Shown: in pieces, positions 50,065 through 59,573 of the stretch | Layout of the letters: each line of letters opens with the position of its first letter | How positions within the stretch are numbered: the stretch's first letter is position 1 | Source: Candidatus Multivorans sp. | GTDB lineage: Bacteria > Acidobacteriota > Thermoanaerobaculia > Multivoradales > Multivoraceae | Direction of reading: 5' to 3' | DNA length: 64,000 bases | Assembly: GCA_965224025.1 (NCBI GenBank) | Contig: OZ245033.1 | Location: 4,512,001-4,576,000, forward strand | Notes under the pieces: model-generated | Told to the model about the DNA's origin: nothing | The model's input: only the letters and a program-made list of their open reading frames with translations | Database searches by the model: none | Position numbers and translations under genes: made by a program

Positions 50065-50364
50065 GGTTTTGTCGGTCAATGCCCGAGACGCCCGGCACCA
50101 GATCCTCAGTCCCGTTCCAACGATTGTGTCCAGACGCGCAGCGCACGAAACCCCTTCGTCTATCGTCAGGCAACTCCACAATCGGGCGGTGAGTGATCGC
50201 CCTTTCGGGCTTCTGCCTCGTCGCTCTCAGCCCTGAGCCCTGAGACACTCACCCGAGACGATCTCTCCTCCAAGCGATTCAACCAAGCGACACTCCCGTC
50301 GCCCTGCGCTCCCTCGACGCTACCTCAAGCAACTGGCCTGCCCGGAACCACCGCCGACTACTCC

Positions 50365-51114
50365 TCAGAACGGAATGCCGTCGTCCGGTGAAGGCCCCTC
50401 TCGGTTCCCGCGGAGCCACGCCCTACCCACACTAGTCAACCGGTACGCCCGGAACGTCTCCCCGTCCCAGGTCTCATCCTCAAAGCGCTCTAGCATGCCT
50501 CTCTCTGACAACACGTCTAGGGCTAGGTTCCCATCCGCCCGAGAGAACCCTGACGCCGCCATTTTCTTGTGGAAGTCGTGCGCCACAATCCCATCGTCGG
50601 GATCAAGCACGTGTCCCAAGACGACTTGTAGTGCCACCCGCTCATATGAAGCGAGTTCCTGGCTAATCCCGACACTATCCTGAGGACCTTTCCTTCTTCC
50701 TCTTCTCTCGAGGATTGACTTGAGTCGTTCGGTCGTCCGCGTTCTGAGACGCTCGAAGTCGCTCGTCGAATGGCTCTCATACGGGATCACCTTTAGGTGA
50801 TGCACGTCGAACGGAAGCTTCTTGTCGTCCAGCCGCTTCTGGGAGCAGATTATGGCCACTTCTTCCTGGTGATACGCGAATGCGTATCCGAACTCGAACC
50901 ACACGTTGGGATTGTCAGTCGAAATCTCCGCGAGGCAAACATCTGACTCCTTGAGCTGCTTCAAGACTTCCAAGATGGGAACACTGGCGCCGCTGTCCCG
51001 GTCCACACGATACGGCTCCAGGCCAGCAGCTCTGATCGCCGGCTCGAGCACATCGTCGTACCGCTTGTCGAACTCGTCGGCGTCAAAGGGCTGAATGACG
51101 ACACATCGTGGCAT
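50365..51114 (-). CDS. nucleoside 2-deoxyribosyltransferase/TIR-like domain + wHTH-like domain with an SSB-like acidic tail
   Basis: CVVIQPF...YRVD...SDVCLAEISTDNPNVWFEFGYAFA...LPFDV; C-domain ending YRLTSVGRAWL; terminus DDGIPF. Confidence 0.8.
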   Translation of the reverse strand: MPRCVVIQPFDADEFDKRYDDVLEPAIRAAGLEPYRVDRDSGASVPILEVLKQLKESDVCLAEISTDNPNVWFEFGYAFAYHQEEVAIICSQKRLDDKKLPFDVHHLKVIPYESHSTSDFERLRTRTTERLKSILERRGRRKGPQDSVGISQELASYERVALQVVLGHVLDPDDGIVAHDFHKKMAASGFSRADGNLALDVLSERGMLERFEDETWDGETFRAYRLTSVGRAWLRGNREGPSPDDGIPF

Positions 51115-51751
51115 AGCGTGTTCCTCTAAGTCGAATGCAAGGCCTGCACAAGGCGCCGACTCGCTGAGCGGGAACGCATCGTATACTCCCGCCGTCGCCT
51201 CCGCTACACCCTCGCTGCTGCAGGCTGCGCGGATGACCATCCTCGCACGTCGTCAGGCTCTCAACGCGTTGTGCCACTTGCAGGCAGCGCCGGTCCAGTC
51301 CGCGTTGGCTTCGAGGGAAAGGGTTCCAGCGGGCTGGAGGCAAGTGGCTCCCCAAACCAGCCCCGCTACTGACGCCGCGGCGCAGCGGGGCCGGCCGAAG
51401 CGAGAGCTGACGTCTCCCACTTAGAGAGCGCGAGCGTCCACTTGGACCCTCCCATTCGGAGGCGGTACGACGGCAGACCGCGACGACGCCGCAATCTGCG
51501 CTACGCCCGCGCGAGCCGGCGGCTGTTGCGGCCGCGCCGCCTGACAGCGCGCGCGAACGCCAGGCCACGATGTGAACCCCGCAATTTTTCGGCAAGCGCG
51601 CGCGCGCCGACCCCCTCCATGGTCGCCGAGACCAAGAAGCGGTCCTCTCCCGCATGGACTACGAAGTCGCGACTAGCGCCGATGTCCGTGGCCGTGTGGA
51701 AGCCGCGGCGTGTCCCGCAAGAGCCGTCAGCGTGGACGTGCCGAGCAGGGC

Positions 51752-51792
51752 AACCTTGCAATCTGTCCATTGAATGGACAATCTGCAAGGTT
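51752..51792. promoter_or_regulatory. 41-bp imperfect palindrome, candidate AbiEi operator
   Basis: AACCTTGCA-atc-TGTCCATT-g-AATGGACA-atc-TGCAAGGTT, about 90 bp upstream of abiEi. Confidence 0.6.
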
Positions 51793-51883
51793 ACGAAGCT
51801 CCCTTCTCTCGCGACCAGAACCACGAGGACTCGCCGGCGCGACTCAAGCAGCAACAAGTTGCCGGAGTTGATAAGTTCCCGCC

Positions 51884-52519
51884 ATGAGATTCGAGGAACT
51901 CGTTGCCGCGGTAGCCGACGAGCCGGTCTTCGAGACCGGACTTCTGCTGGCCGGACCGGGCGACCCCGGCAACGTCAGGCGGCAACTGTCGCGCTGGGTC
52001 CGCGGAGGCAGAGTCCAGCAGATGCGTCGTGGACTGTATGCCCTCGCGCCGCCCTGGCAGCGGCGCGTCCCGCATCCGTTCCTGCTCGCCAACCGTCTGG
52101 CGCCAGGCTCCTACGTCAGCAGTCCGGCGGCGTTGGCCTTCGCTCATGCAATCCCCGAGCACGTACCGGAGGTCACCAGCGTGACGCCTGGACGCCCGCA
52201 CACGCGGCAGTTGCCGTCGGGCAGGTTCTCGTTCCGCCACCTGAAGGCGGATCGGGTCTTCGGCTACCGGCTGCTCGATCTGGGCGGCAATCAGCGGGCG
52301 TTCGTGGCGACCTCGGAGAAGGCGCTGCTCGACTCCGTCTACCTGCAGCCCGGCGGCGACGACGCTACGTACCTGCGGGAACTCCGACTCGACTTCGGCG
52401 CCCTGGATCTGGACGCCCTCGACCAGACGGCGGCGCGGTACGCCGCGCCGAAAGTGACTCGAGCGGCCCGCCGCATCCGCGAGCTCGCCGCCGCAACGCC
52501 CGCATACGACGTGCTGTGA
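51884..52519 (+). CDS. abiEi: type IV TA antitoxin, AbiEi family
   Basis: QLSRWVRGG...RRGLY wHTH, SYVS...ALA...IPE, ATSEKALLD. Confidence 0.88.
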   Translation: MRFEELVAAVADEPVFETGLLLAGPGDPGNVRRQLSRWVRGGRVQQMRRGLYALAPPWQRRVPHPFLLANRLAPGSYVSSPAALAFAHAIPEHVPEVTSVTPGRPHTRQLPSGRFSFRHLKADRVFGYRLLDLGGNQRAFVATSEKALLDSVYLQPGGDDATYLRELRLDFGALDLDALDQTAARYAAPKVTRAARRIRELAAATPAYDVL

Positions 52520-53334
52520 AGGATCACCTGAAGGCGTTGATCCGCCGGCACGACCCGTTGCGGGCCCGCAACGTGGTCAGTGAGTACCTCCAGGCGCGCG
52601 CGCTCCGGGCCATGCAGGGCGCCGGCGCCATGACCGCGTTGGCGTTCCAGGGCGGCACCTGCCTGCGCTTCCTGTTCTCGCTGCCCCGCTACTCGGACGA
52701 CCTGGACTTCGCACTCGAAGGCGACCGCACGGCGTACGATCTGCCGAAGTACCTGAAAGCCATCCGGGCCGAGCTCACCGCCGAGAACTATCGCGTGGCG
52801 CTACGGATTCGCGAACACCGCACCGTGCATGGTGCCTTCACGCGCTTCCCCGGCCTGCTCCACGAGTTGGGCCTGTCTCCGCACCGCTCGGAAGCGGTGG
52901 CGATCAAGATCGAAGTCGACACGAATCCCCCGCAGGGGGCGGGCTGCGAGATCAGCCTGGTGCGCCGCCACGTGACGCTCAGGCTGTTCCATCACGACCG
53001 CGCCTCCCTGTTGGCCGGCAAGCTCCATGCCGTTCTGGAGCGCGGCTACGCAAAGGGCCGGGATCTGTACGACCTGATCTGGTACCTGAGCGATCCGGAC
53101 TGGCCCGCACCCAACCTGTCGCTGCTCAACGCGGCGCTTCGCCAGAGCGACTGGGAGGGAGACGAACTGACGCCCCGTTCGTGGACCGAGCCGGTCGCGG
53201 AGCGACTGAAGGCGATCGACTGGGGGCGGGCGCTCGCGGATGTCCGTCCCTTCCTGGAACAACAGGACGACATCGACCTGATCACCCGCGACAATGCGCT
53301 GCGCCTGCTCGCCAGGTCGGGTTCAGGCCGGTAG
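52516..53334 (+). CDS. abiEii: type IV TA toxin, AbiEii nucleotidyltransferase
   Basis: GTGA overlap; FQGGTCLR...RYSDDLDF, KIEVD, AGKLHA, KGRDLYDL. Confidence 0.92.
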   Translation: MKDHLKALIRRHDPLRARNVVSEYLQARALRAMQGAGAMTALAFQGGTCLRFLFSLPRYSDDLDFALEGDRTAYDLPKYLKAIRAELTAENYRVALRIREHRTVHGAFTRFPGLLHELGLSPHRSEAVAIKIEVDTNPPQGAGCEISLVRRHVTLRLFHHDRASLLAGKLHAVLERGYAKGRDLYDLIWYLSDPDWPAPNLSLLNAALRQSDWEGDELTPRSWTEPVAERLKAIDWGRALADVRPFLEQQDDIDLITRDNALRLLARSGSGR

Positions 53335-53348
53335 CTGTCCGGCCGCGC

Positions 53349-54053
53349 CTACTTCCGCGCGGCCTGGCAGCGGGCGAATTCTCCGCCGACGCCCGGTAAT
53401 TCGTCCTCCAGCAGCGGCAACGACTCGATGGCTGGGCCGGCGCCGTACTGGCCGGCGGCGAGTCGGGCGCTCATGTTCGTGAAGGTCTCGAGCAGCGTCT
53501 TCGCGGTGCGGGGCGTCACGACCCCAGACCCCAGGCCGAAGGGCGGTTGCGGGTCGCTGACGGTCTCTTGGACGACTTCGACCGTTCCTTCCTGATCGCC
53601 AGGAGCGAGCAACCAGCGGCCGCGCATGCAAAGCACGCGTTTGCCCTTGAACTCTGGCGTCTGGTCGTCCGCGCCGACCATGTCGCCGATGACGTGGCCG
53701 TCAGCCGTGCGCCACCATGCGGCGCGGTCCATCGTGATCCGCCGGGTCATGCCCCTGCCGGAAACGCGCTGGCGGAGGGTCTGGAAGGGTGCGTCGAGGG
53801 GCGCCGCGGTTTCTTCCGTGCACATGGACTGCCAGTCGGGGCACGCCGCGGCATGGTCGAGGAGGGAGATGACGGTCGACATGGAGCCCGGAACCGTCAT
53901 CTCAGCCCGCACCAGGGGGTAGTCGGCATTCTCGATCGGGCAGGATTCGACGGTTACGGGACCTTCCGCTTCAAGGGGCTTGCATTCGGAGGCGGCTGAG
54001 GCTGGCGGGGCAGCAAACAGCACGAACGCAGCCACGGCGAACAGAGTCCCCAA
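53349..54053 (-). CDS. secreted START/SRPBCC-like lipid-binding protein (start uncertain; alternative ATG at 54176)
   Basis: Signal peptide ASA; VRAEMTV...CPDW...GRWLL...EVVQETVSDP pattern of START domains. Confidence 0.6.
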   Translation of the reverse strand: MGTLFAVAAFVLFAAPPASAASECKPLEAEGPVTVESCPIENADYPLVRAEMTVPGSMSTVISLLDHAAACPDWQSMCTEETAAPLDAPFQTLRQRVSGRGMTRRITMDRAAWWRTADGHVIGDMVGADDQTPEFKGKRVLCMRGRWLLAPGDQEGTVEVVQETVSDPQPPFGLGSGVVTPRTAKTLLETFTNMSARLAAGQYGAGPAIESLPLLEDELPGVGGEFARCQAARK

Positions 54054-54065
54054 ACCGGCGCTTTG

Positions 54066-54097
54066 CGCCGGATGCGGGCCAGAAGGCCCGCGCACCC
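54066..54097 (+). repeat. 32-bp REP-like repeat, family C
   Basis: Exact reverse complement of 7267-7298. Confidence 0.8.
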
Positions 54098-54180
54098 AGA
54101 AATACGGCGTTGCCGCAGCCGAATGCCCTGCTGCAACCGAATCGTCCTGCCGGCCCCAGGGAGTGCTGCTCTTCATTGAT

Positions 54181-56187
54181 CTAGCCTCCAATCTCAGATT
54201 CCGGTAGAGCGAACGCGATGAGTTCATCCGGAATCCGGCGGTTGCGGGCACCGCCCCCGGCAATGACGATGTACTGCCGGCCATCGTGCATGTAGGTCAT
54301 CGGCGGACCGTGCAGCCAGATGTCGGTTTCCACTTCCGCAAGCACCTCGCCGGTCGCCTTGTCGTAGGCGCGCAGGATGCTGCGGCTGCTGGTGCGAGGA
54401 TCGTCCTCATCGCGCAAGGCAAAGAAGCCGATCAGCAGGGTGCGGGTGACGAGCAGGCCGCCGTCCGCCGGCATGCCGAAGTAGACGGTGCCCATGTCGT
54501 CCAGGTTCAGGTGCGCGATCGCCGGATGGTTCTTGGGGCCGGGACCAACCGGCACGCGCCATAGGTGCTCACCGCGATTCAGGTCGATCGCGGTAATCGT
54601 CCGGTAGGGCGGCTTCACGAGCGGCAGGCCCCGCGGTCCACTCGTGTCGACGTAACCGATCACGTAGCGCCAGTCCGGACGGCGGGCCCGATCCGGCTCG
54701 ACCAGCGACATCCCGGTCGGGCGGTTCTGCGACTCGACGAAGAGCACACCGGTCATCGGGTCGACGGACGCTCCGGGGTGGTTTGCCCCGCCGGCGGCGC
54801 CAGGCACGACCATCACGCCCTCCTTGCCGCCTTCGCCCTGGACGATCAGGGGCGGGAACATCGGCGCCAGCACCAGCTTCTCGGCGATCCTGAGGGCCTC
54901 CTCGCGCAGTTCGGGCGTCCAGTCGATCAGGTCGTCCTCGCTGATGCCCTGCCGCTCGAAGGCCGGCGGCTTGGTCGGGAACGGCTGGGTCTCCGACAGC
55001 TTCTCGCCCGGCACCGTGGACTTGTGGTTCACCGGCCGGTCCTCGATCGGCCACACCGGCTCGCCGGTCGCGCGGTCGAAGACGTAGGTAAAGCCGGTCT
55101 TCGAGACCTGGGCAACAGCCTTGATCAGCTTGCCGTCGACGACGATGTCGAGCAAGTTCGGGGCCGACGCGATGTCGTAGTCCCAGATGCCGTGGCGGAC
55201 GGTCTGGAAGTGCCAGACGCGTTCACCCGTGTCAGCGTCGACACAGACCAGGCTCTCGGCGAACAGGTTGTCGCCCGGCCGGTCAGCCCCGTAGTAGTCG
55301 TTCGAGGGCGTGCTCGTCGGCAGGTAGACGTATCCCAGTTCGTGGTCCGCGCTCATCGACGTCCACACGTTCGCGTTGCCGGCCGTCCGCCAGGACTCGT
55401 TCTCCCAGGTCTCGACGCCGAACTCGTCGTCCCGCGGGATCGTGTTGAAACGCCACTTGAACTCGCCCGTGTGGACGTCGTAGGCGCGCACGTGGCCGGG
55501 CGGTGCGTCGCTCCTGATCGAGTAGTCGAAGATCTTCGACCCGACGATGACGCTGTTGCCCACCACGATCGGCGGTGCACCGTGAGTGATGTGCCTGATC
55601 GCGTACTCGCCCGGACCGAGGTCGAGCGCCAGGTCGACCACGCCATCCTCGCCGAAGGCCCGGTCCGCCTCGCCGGTGGCGGCGTCGACCGAGACGAGTT
55701 GGCGGCCGATCGTGGCGACGAACAGTCGTTCCTTCTCGCCGTCGGTCCAGTACTCGATGCCGCGGGCGCCGACCGGCCGCATCGTGGTGCCTCCCCGTTC
55801 CCAGGTCTTCGGGTTGTAGACCCACTTCTGCTCGCCGGTCGCCGGGTCGAGCAACGCCACCTGGCCGAGGCTGGTCGGTGCGAACAGGCGGCCGCCGATC
55901 ATCAGCGGCACGGAGCGGTAGAAACCGGTGTCGTAGCCCGGCAACACGTCCAGCGGCACCTCGTGGTCCGCCGTGCGCCAACGCCAGGCGATCTCGAGCC
56001 GGCCGAAGTTCGAGCCGTCGATCTGAGTCAGCGGCGAGTAGCGGCTGGACGCGTGGTCGCCGCCGTGGTGTTGCCACTCCCCGTAAGCGGACTGGCCGTG
56101 CTTCCGCGTCTCCGCCCGGACCGGCCCCGCAGCCAGGGCGATCAGACAGGCGATGCCCAACGTCACAAGCCGGCGCACACTCCTCAT
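54181..56187 (-). CDS. PQQ-dependent dehydrogenase (quinoprotein glucose dehydrogenase-like)
   Basis: RYSPLTQI, PPGHVRAYD, WHFQTVRHGIWDYD, LVKPPY, PMTYMHDGRQYIV. Confidence 0.92.
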   Translation of the reverse strand: MRSVRRLVTLGIACLIALAAGPVRAETRKHGQSAYGEWQHHGGDHASSRYSPLTQIDGSNFGRLEIAWRWRTADHEVPLDVLPGYDTGFYRSVPLMIGGRLFAPTSLGQVALLDPATGEQKWVYNPKTWERGGTTMRPVGARGIEYWTDGEKERLFVATIGRQLVSVDAATGEADRAFGEDGVVDLALDLGPGEYAIRHITHGAPPIVVGNSVIVGSKIFDYSIRSDAPPGHVRAYDVHTGEFKWRFNTIPRDDEFGVETWENESWRTAGNANVWTSMSADHELGYVYLPTSTPSNDYYGADRPGDNLFAESLVCVDADTGERVWHFQTVRHGIWDYDIASAPNLLDIVVDGKLIKAVAQVSKTGFTYVFDRATGEPVWPIEDRPVNHKSTVPGEKLSETQPFPTKPPAFERQGISEDDLIDWTPELREEALRIAEKLVLAPMFPPLIVQGEGGKEGVMVVPGAAGGANHPGASVDPMTGVLFVESQNRPTGMSLVEPDRARRPDWRYVIGYVDTSGPRGLPLVKPPYRTITAIDLNRGEHLWRVPVGPGPKNHPAIAHLNLDDMGTVYFGMPADGGLLVTRTLLIGFFALRDEDDPRTSSRSILRAYDKATGEVLAEVETDIWLHGPPMTYMHDGRQYIVIAGGGARNRRIPDELIAFALPESEIGG

Positions 56188-56438
56188 GCAACCCTGCCTG
56201 CGGACCTTCGCGTTCGGCGTCATGGACTCTGACATCTCGAACCTTCCCCCACCGGCGAACGGAGCGAGGCACGCACCGTATCCCCCGGCTTCCTCGCCCA
56301 TCGAATGCGCTAACCTAGCAGCGTGCGCGGCAGGATGTTCGGCGTACCCTACCTTCTGCGGCGCACGCCCATACCGCACACCCACGAGGCATTGAAGCAC
56401 GAGCGACTAGAACAACTTTGGGGGAAAGGCAGGATGCG

Positions 56439-57776
56439 ATGCCTGAGCAAGAGATGACCCGCCGCAACGTACTCGGCGCCGCCGCCGGCGGCGCGGGCTG
56501 GATGATTGTCCCCCGCCACGTCCTCGGCCGCGGAAAGCCGGCGCCCAGCGACAAGCTGAACATCGGGGCCATCGGCGCCGGCGGCAAAGGCAGGAGCGAC
56601 ATCGAGGGCGTCTCGAGTGAGAACATCCTCGCCCTCTGCGACATCGACTGGCAACGCGCCGAGCAGGCGATGAACGCCCATCCCGACGCGCCGCGCTACC
56701 ACGACTACCGCGAACTGCTCGACAAGCACGCCGGCGAGCTCGACGCGGTCATGGTGTCGACCGCCGACCATACCCATGCCGTGATCACCGTCGACGCGCT
56801 CGAGCGGGGTCTCCACGTTTTCACCCAGAAGCCGCTGACGCGGACGATCTGGGAGGCGCGGATGGTCGGCGAGGCCGCCCGCAAGGCCGGCGCCGCGACG
56901 CAGATGGGCAACCAGGGCCACGCGGGAGAAGGCTCGCGACTGATCCGCGAGTGGATCGAAGCGGGCGTGATCGGCGAAGTGAACCATGTCGAGTACTGGA
57001 CGAACCGGCCGATCTGGCCGCAGGCGATCAACCGGCCCAAGGAAGTCCACGAAGTGCCGGAACACGTCGCCTGGGACCTCTGGCTCGGCCCCGCGCCGGA
57101 GCGTCCGTACCACTCCGACTACTACCACCCGTTCGCGTGGCGAGGCTGGTGGGACTTCGGCACCGGCGCGATCGGCGACATCGCCTGCCACGCGATGGAC
57201 GCCGCGTTCTGGGTCTTCGACCTGCGCGATCCTTCGTCCGTCTACGCCGAATCGACGCCGCTGTTCAAGGAGACGGCGCCGGCCTCGACCCGGATCACGT
57301 TCGAGTACCCGGCCCGCGGCAACCGCCCCAAGATGACCGTAGTCTGGCGCGACGGCAACCTGACGCCGCCGAAGCCGAAGGTGTTCGACGGCAGATGGCC
57401 GCCGGGCAGAAGCGGCCAGTTGTTCATCGGCGCCGAGGGAATCATCACGGCGGACATCTACGCCGGCAACCCGACGATCTACCCGACGAACCTGCACGAG
57501 AAGATCGCCAAGAACCCGGTGCCCCAGGCCTACGAGCGCACCGAGGGCCACTACCTGCAGTGGATCGACGCGATCAAGGCGGGTACCACGAACCCGGACG
57601 GCTCCAATTTCCCCGATCACGCCGGGCCGATGACCGAGACCGCGCTGCTCGGCAACCTGGCGGTCCGCTCGCAGCAGGAGATCGTCTGGAACCCGAAGAA
57701 GATGAAGGTGATGGGCGGCGTCGACGTGCCGCGGGAGTACATCCGGCCGACGTTCCGGGACGGCTGGCCGCTGTAG
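56439..57776 (+). CDS. Gfo/Idh/MocA family oxidoreductase (Tat)
   Basis: TRRNVL, IGAIGAGGKG, STADHTHA, QKPLT, QMGNQG, WDLWLGPAP, WRGWWDFGTG. Confidence 0.93.
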   Translation: MPEQEMTRRNVLGAAAGGAGWMIVPRHVLGRGKPAPSDKLNIGAIGAGGKGRSDIEGVSSENILALCDIDWQRAEQAMNAHPDAPRYHDYRELLDKHAGELDAVMVSTADHTHAVITVDALERGLHVFTQKPLTRTIWEARMVGEAARKAGAATQMGNQGHAGEGSRLIREWIEAGVIGEVNHVEYWTNRPIWPQAINRPKEVHEVPEHVAWDLWLGPAPERPYHSDYYHPFAWRGWWDFGTGAIGDIACHAMDAAFWVFDLRDPSSVYAESTPLFKETAPASTRITFEYPARGNRPKMTVVWRDGNLTPPKPKVFDGRWPPGRSGQLFIGAEGIITADIYAGNPTIYPTNLHEKIAKNPVPQAYERTEGHYLQWIDAIKAGTTNPDGSNFPDHAGPMTETALLGNLAVRSQQEIVWNPKKMKVMGGVDVPREYIRPTFRDGWPL

Positions 57777-57817
57777 CGGAGGGCGGGCGCGAGGCCCGGA
57801 CGCCCGTGTACGTGCCA

Positions 57818-57886
57818 GAACCCGGGTGCCGCGATCCGCGCCGCCCGTGAACCAGTCCGTGCGCCCGTCATCGGGCGCCCGGATGG
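57818..57886 (-). repeat. REP-like repeat, family A, copy 4
   Basis: Reverse-complement homolog of the two-hairpin core; between convergent genes. Confidence 0.8.
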
Positions 57887-57913
57887 AAGGCCGGCGCACC
57901 CGGTGTCAGTGCG

Positions 57914-58285
57914 TCAGCCGGCCTGCTGAACCGCGGCCACCGCGGCGTCGCGGTCCGGCACGATGTTGACGATCAGGCTGAAGCCGCTGACCTCGAACAG
58001 CTCCTTCACCTCGTCGTTCAGACCGCAGACGGCGAAGCGTCCGTTCTTTGCCTGCAGGGCCCTGGCGACCACCAGCACCACTCGAAGGCCGGCGCTGCTC
58101 ATGTAGCGCGTGCGGTTCAGGTCCAGGACGACATCCGAGACGCCCTCTTCGATGGAGGCCATCATGGCCTGCTCCAGGTCCGGCGCGCTCGCGGCGTCAA
58201 CACGCCCCTCGGGCACCCAGACCGCCACGCTGCCGGCCGTCGTGCCCTCGATCTTCGAATTTCCGATTCTCGTGGTCTCGATCAC
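57914..58285 (-). CDS. STAS domain anti-sigma factor antagonist
   Basis: GRVDAASA, LDLNRTRYMSSAGLRV (phosphorylatable Ser), VKELFEVSGF. Confidence 0.9.
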   Translation of the reverse strand: MIETTRIGNSKIEGTTAGSVAVWVPEGRVDAASAPDLEQAMMASIEEGVSDVVLDLNRTRYMSSAGLRVVLVVARALQAKNGRFAVCGLNDEVKELFEVSGFSLIVNIVPDRDAAVAAVQQAG

Positions 58286-58304
58286 ACTAATTGCTCTCCA
58301 AGTC

Positions 58305-58982
58305 TCAATAGAAGGGGTGATGGGCGGTCGCCGTCGCGGCGGCAATGTCCTGAACCGACTTCTGGATCGCCCTGCTCATTGCCTGGCCGATCAGGTCGAA
58401 GCCGCGGACCAACTCGATCCGCGCCGCCGCGTGCCGCAGTTCCTGCGCACTGAGAATGACCTGGAAGGCGTTCGAGGCGTCGGCCAGGCAGATCAGCGCG
58501 ACATCCCTCGGCGCCGGAATGCGGTCGCTCAGCAGCACATCGAGAATCCGAAGCTTGACCTCCCGCTCCTCCCGATCGGAGACGAGAGGATAGCGGCGGC
58601 TGCCAAACACCCACAGGAAGCTGCGGTCTTCGACGCGGAGGATCCGGCGCTCGACCAGGCGCTTGAGCGCCGCTTCCTGTACTTCCTTACTCCGGGCCGA
58701 GAGCCGGACCACCCAGGTGCGGGGGTCCGCCTCGTCGTCGGCGCCAGCGATCTCCGCCAGCGGACCGTCGAGGATCTCCTCGCCCGCCGGCGTCGCATCG
58801 ACGACGACCAGCTTCTGCAGGTCGCAGTCCAGCCGGCCGCGCAGCGCGAGGTCCATCAGGATCGCGCCCGCGATCAACAACTCCATCACGTTCGGCGCGA
58901 CTCTCTTCATCGCACCGGTGTCGTCGTCCAGGAGAAGGAGGAGAATCTCCTCGACAAACGTCAGGTGGGGGCTTTCAGTCAC
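58305..58982 (-). CDS. GPP34/GOLPH3 family phosphoprotein
   Basis: LTFVEEILLLLLDD.TG, AGAILMDLALRGRL, LVERRIL...FLWVF...RYP. Confidence 0.88.
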   Translation of the reverse strand: MTESPHLTFVEEILLLLLDDDTGAMKRVAPNVMELLIAGAILMDLALRGRLDCDLQKLVVVDATPAGEEILDGPLAEIAGADDEADPRTWVVRLSARSKEVQEAALKRLVERRILRVEDRSFLWVFGSRRYPLVSDREEREVKLRILDVLLSDRIPAPRDVALICLADASNAFQVILSAQELRHAAARIELVRGFDLIGQAMSRAIQKSVQDIAAATATAHHPFY

Positions 58983-59027
58983 TCGGGCTGTCCTGCGGTG
59001 GGTTGGTCGGCGCGCGACCGCTGACGC

Positions 59028-59573
59028 TCATCCTACAAGAAGGCATCCGCCCTCTCTCAGATCCCAGCCGTATCCACCTGCCCGCTCGGCGCCTTGCTGT
59101 CGCTGCTCACCGTGACCGTGAGGACGTCGGTGTCGTGGTACTGCTGATGCTTCACCGAGGACGCAAAGTGACGCGGCAGGCGTAGCGAGAGCTCGTGACT
59201 GGAACAGCGAGGAGACGATCACCAGCTTGGCGAGAAGAACCGGACCGCCCGCGCTCAGGGCCGCGATGCTGACCGCGATGAAGGCGCCGTAGGTACGCAT
59301 CAGCAGGATGTAGCCGGCCCCTATGCGCCACAGCCGTCGCGCCTGCAGGATCGTCGTGGTGCCGCTCACGAAGATCGCCCCGAACACCGCCCATCCCAGG
59401 TACTCGTCGCTGCCTCCGGCGGCGCGGACGATGATCGCCGGGATCAGCACGATCCCGGCGACGCACAGGGTCGCGTACTGGAGGCCCATCGTCGCGGCGA
59501 GCAACGTCGGCGGCATCTCGTCCGCCTGGTAGCGAACGCCCGCGGAAGGTCTCGTTGCGGCCGTAGCCGTCAC
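59028..59573 (-). pseudogene. truncated NCS2 (xanthine/uracil permease-like) transporter
   Basis: VRYQADEMPP...GLQY...SGTTTILQA.R.WRIGAGY matches an NCS2 N-terminus; degenerates after about 125 aa. Confidence 0.7.

Noticed and set aside
50365-51883. Retron (NDT effector plus ncRNA)
   Set aside because: No RT gene nearby and no recognisable msr/msd a1-a2 arrangement
38400-53334. Prophage or ICE
   Set aside because: No integrase, relaxase, structural or replication genes, and no att repeats found
56188-56438. Riboswitch or ncRNA in the divergent intergenic region (also 10044-10211 and 33416-33501)
   Set aside because: No recognisable conserved RNA motif; consistent with ordinary promoter regions
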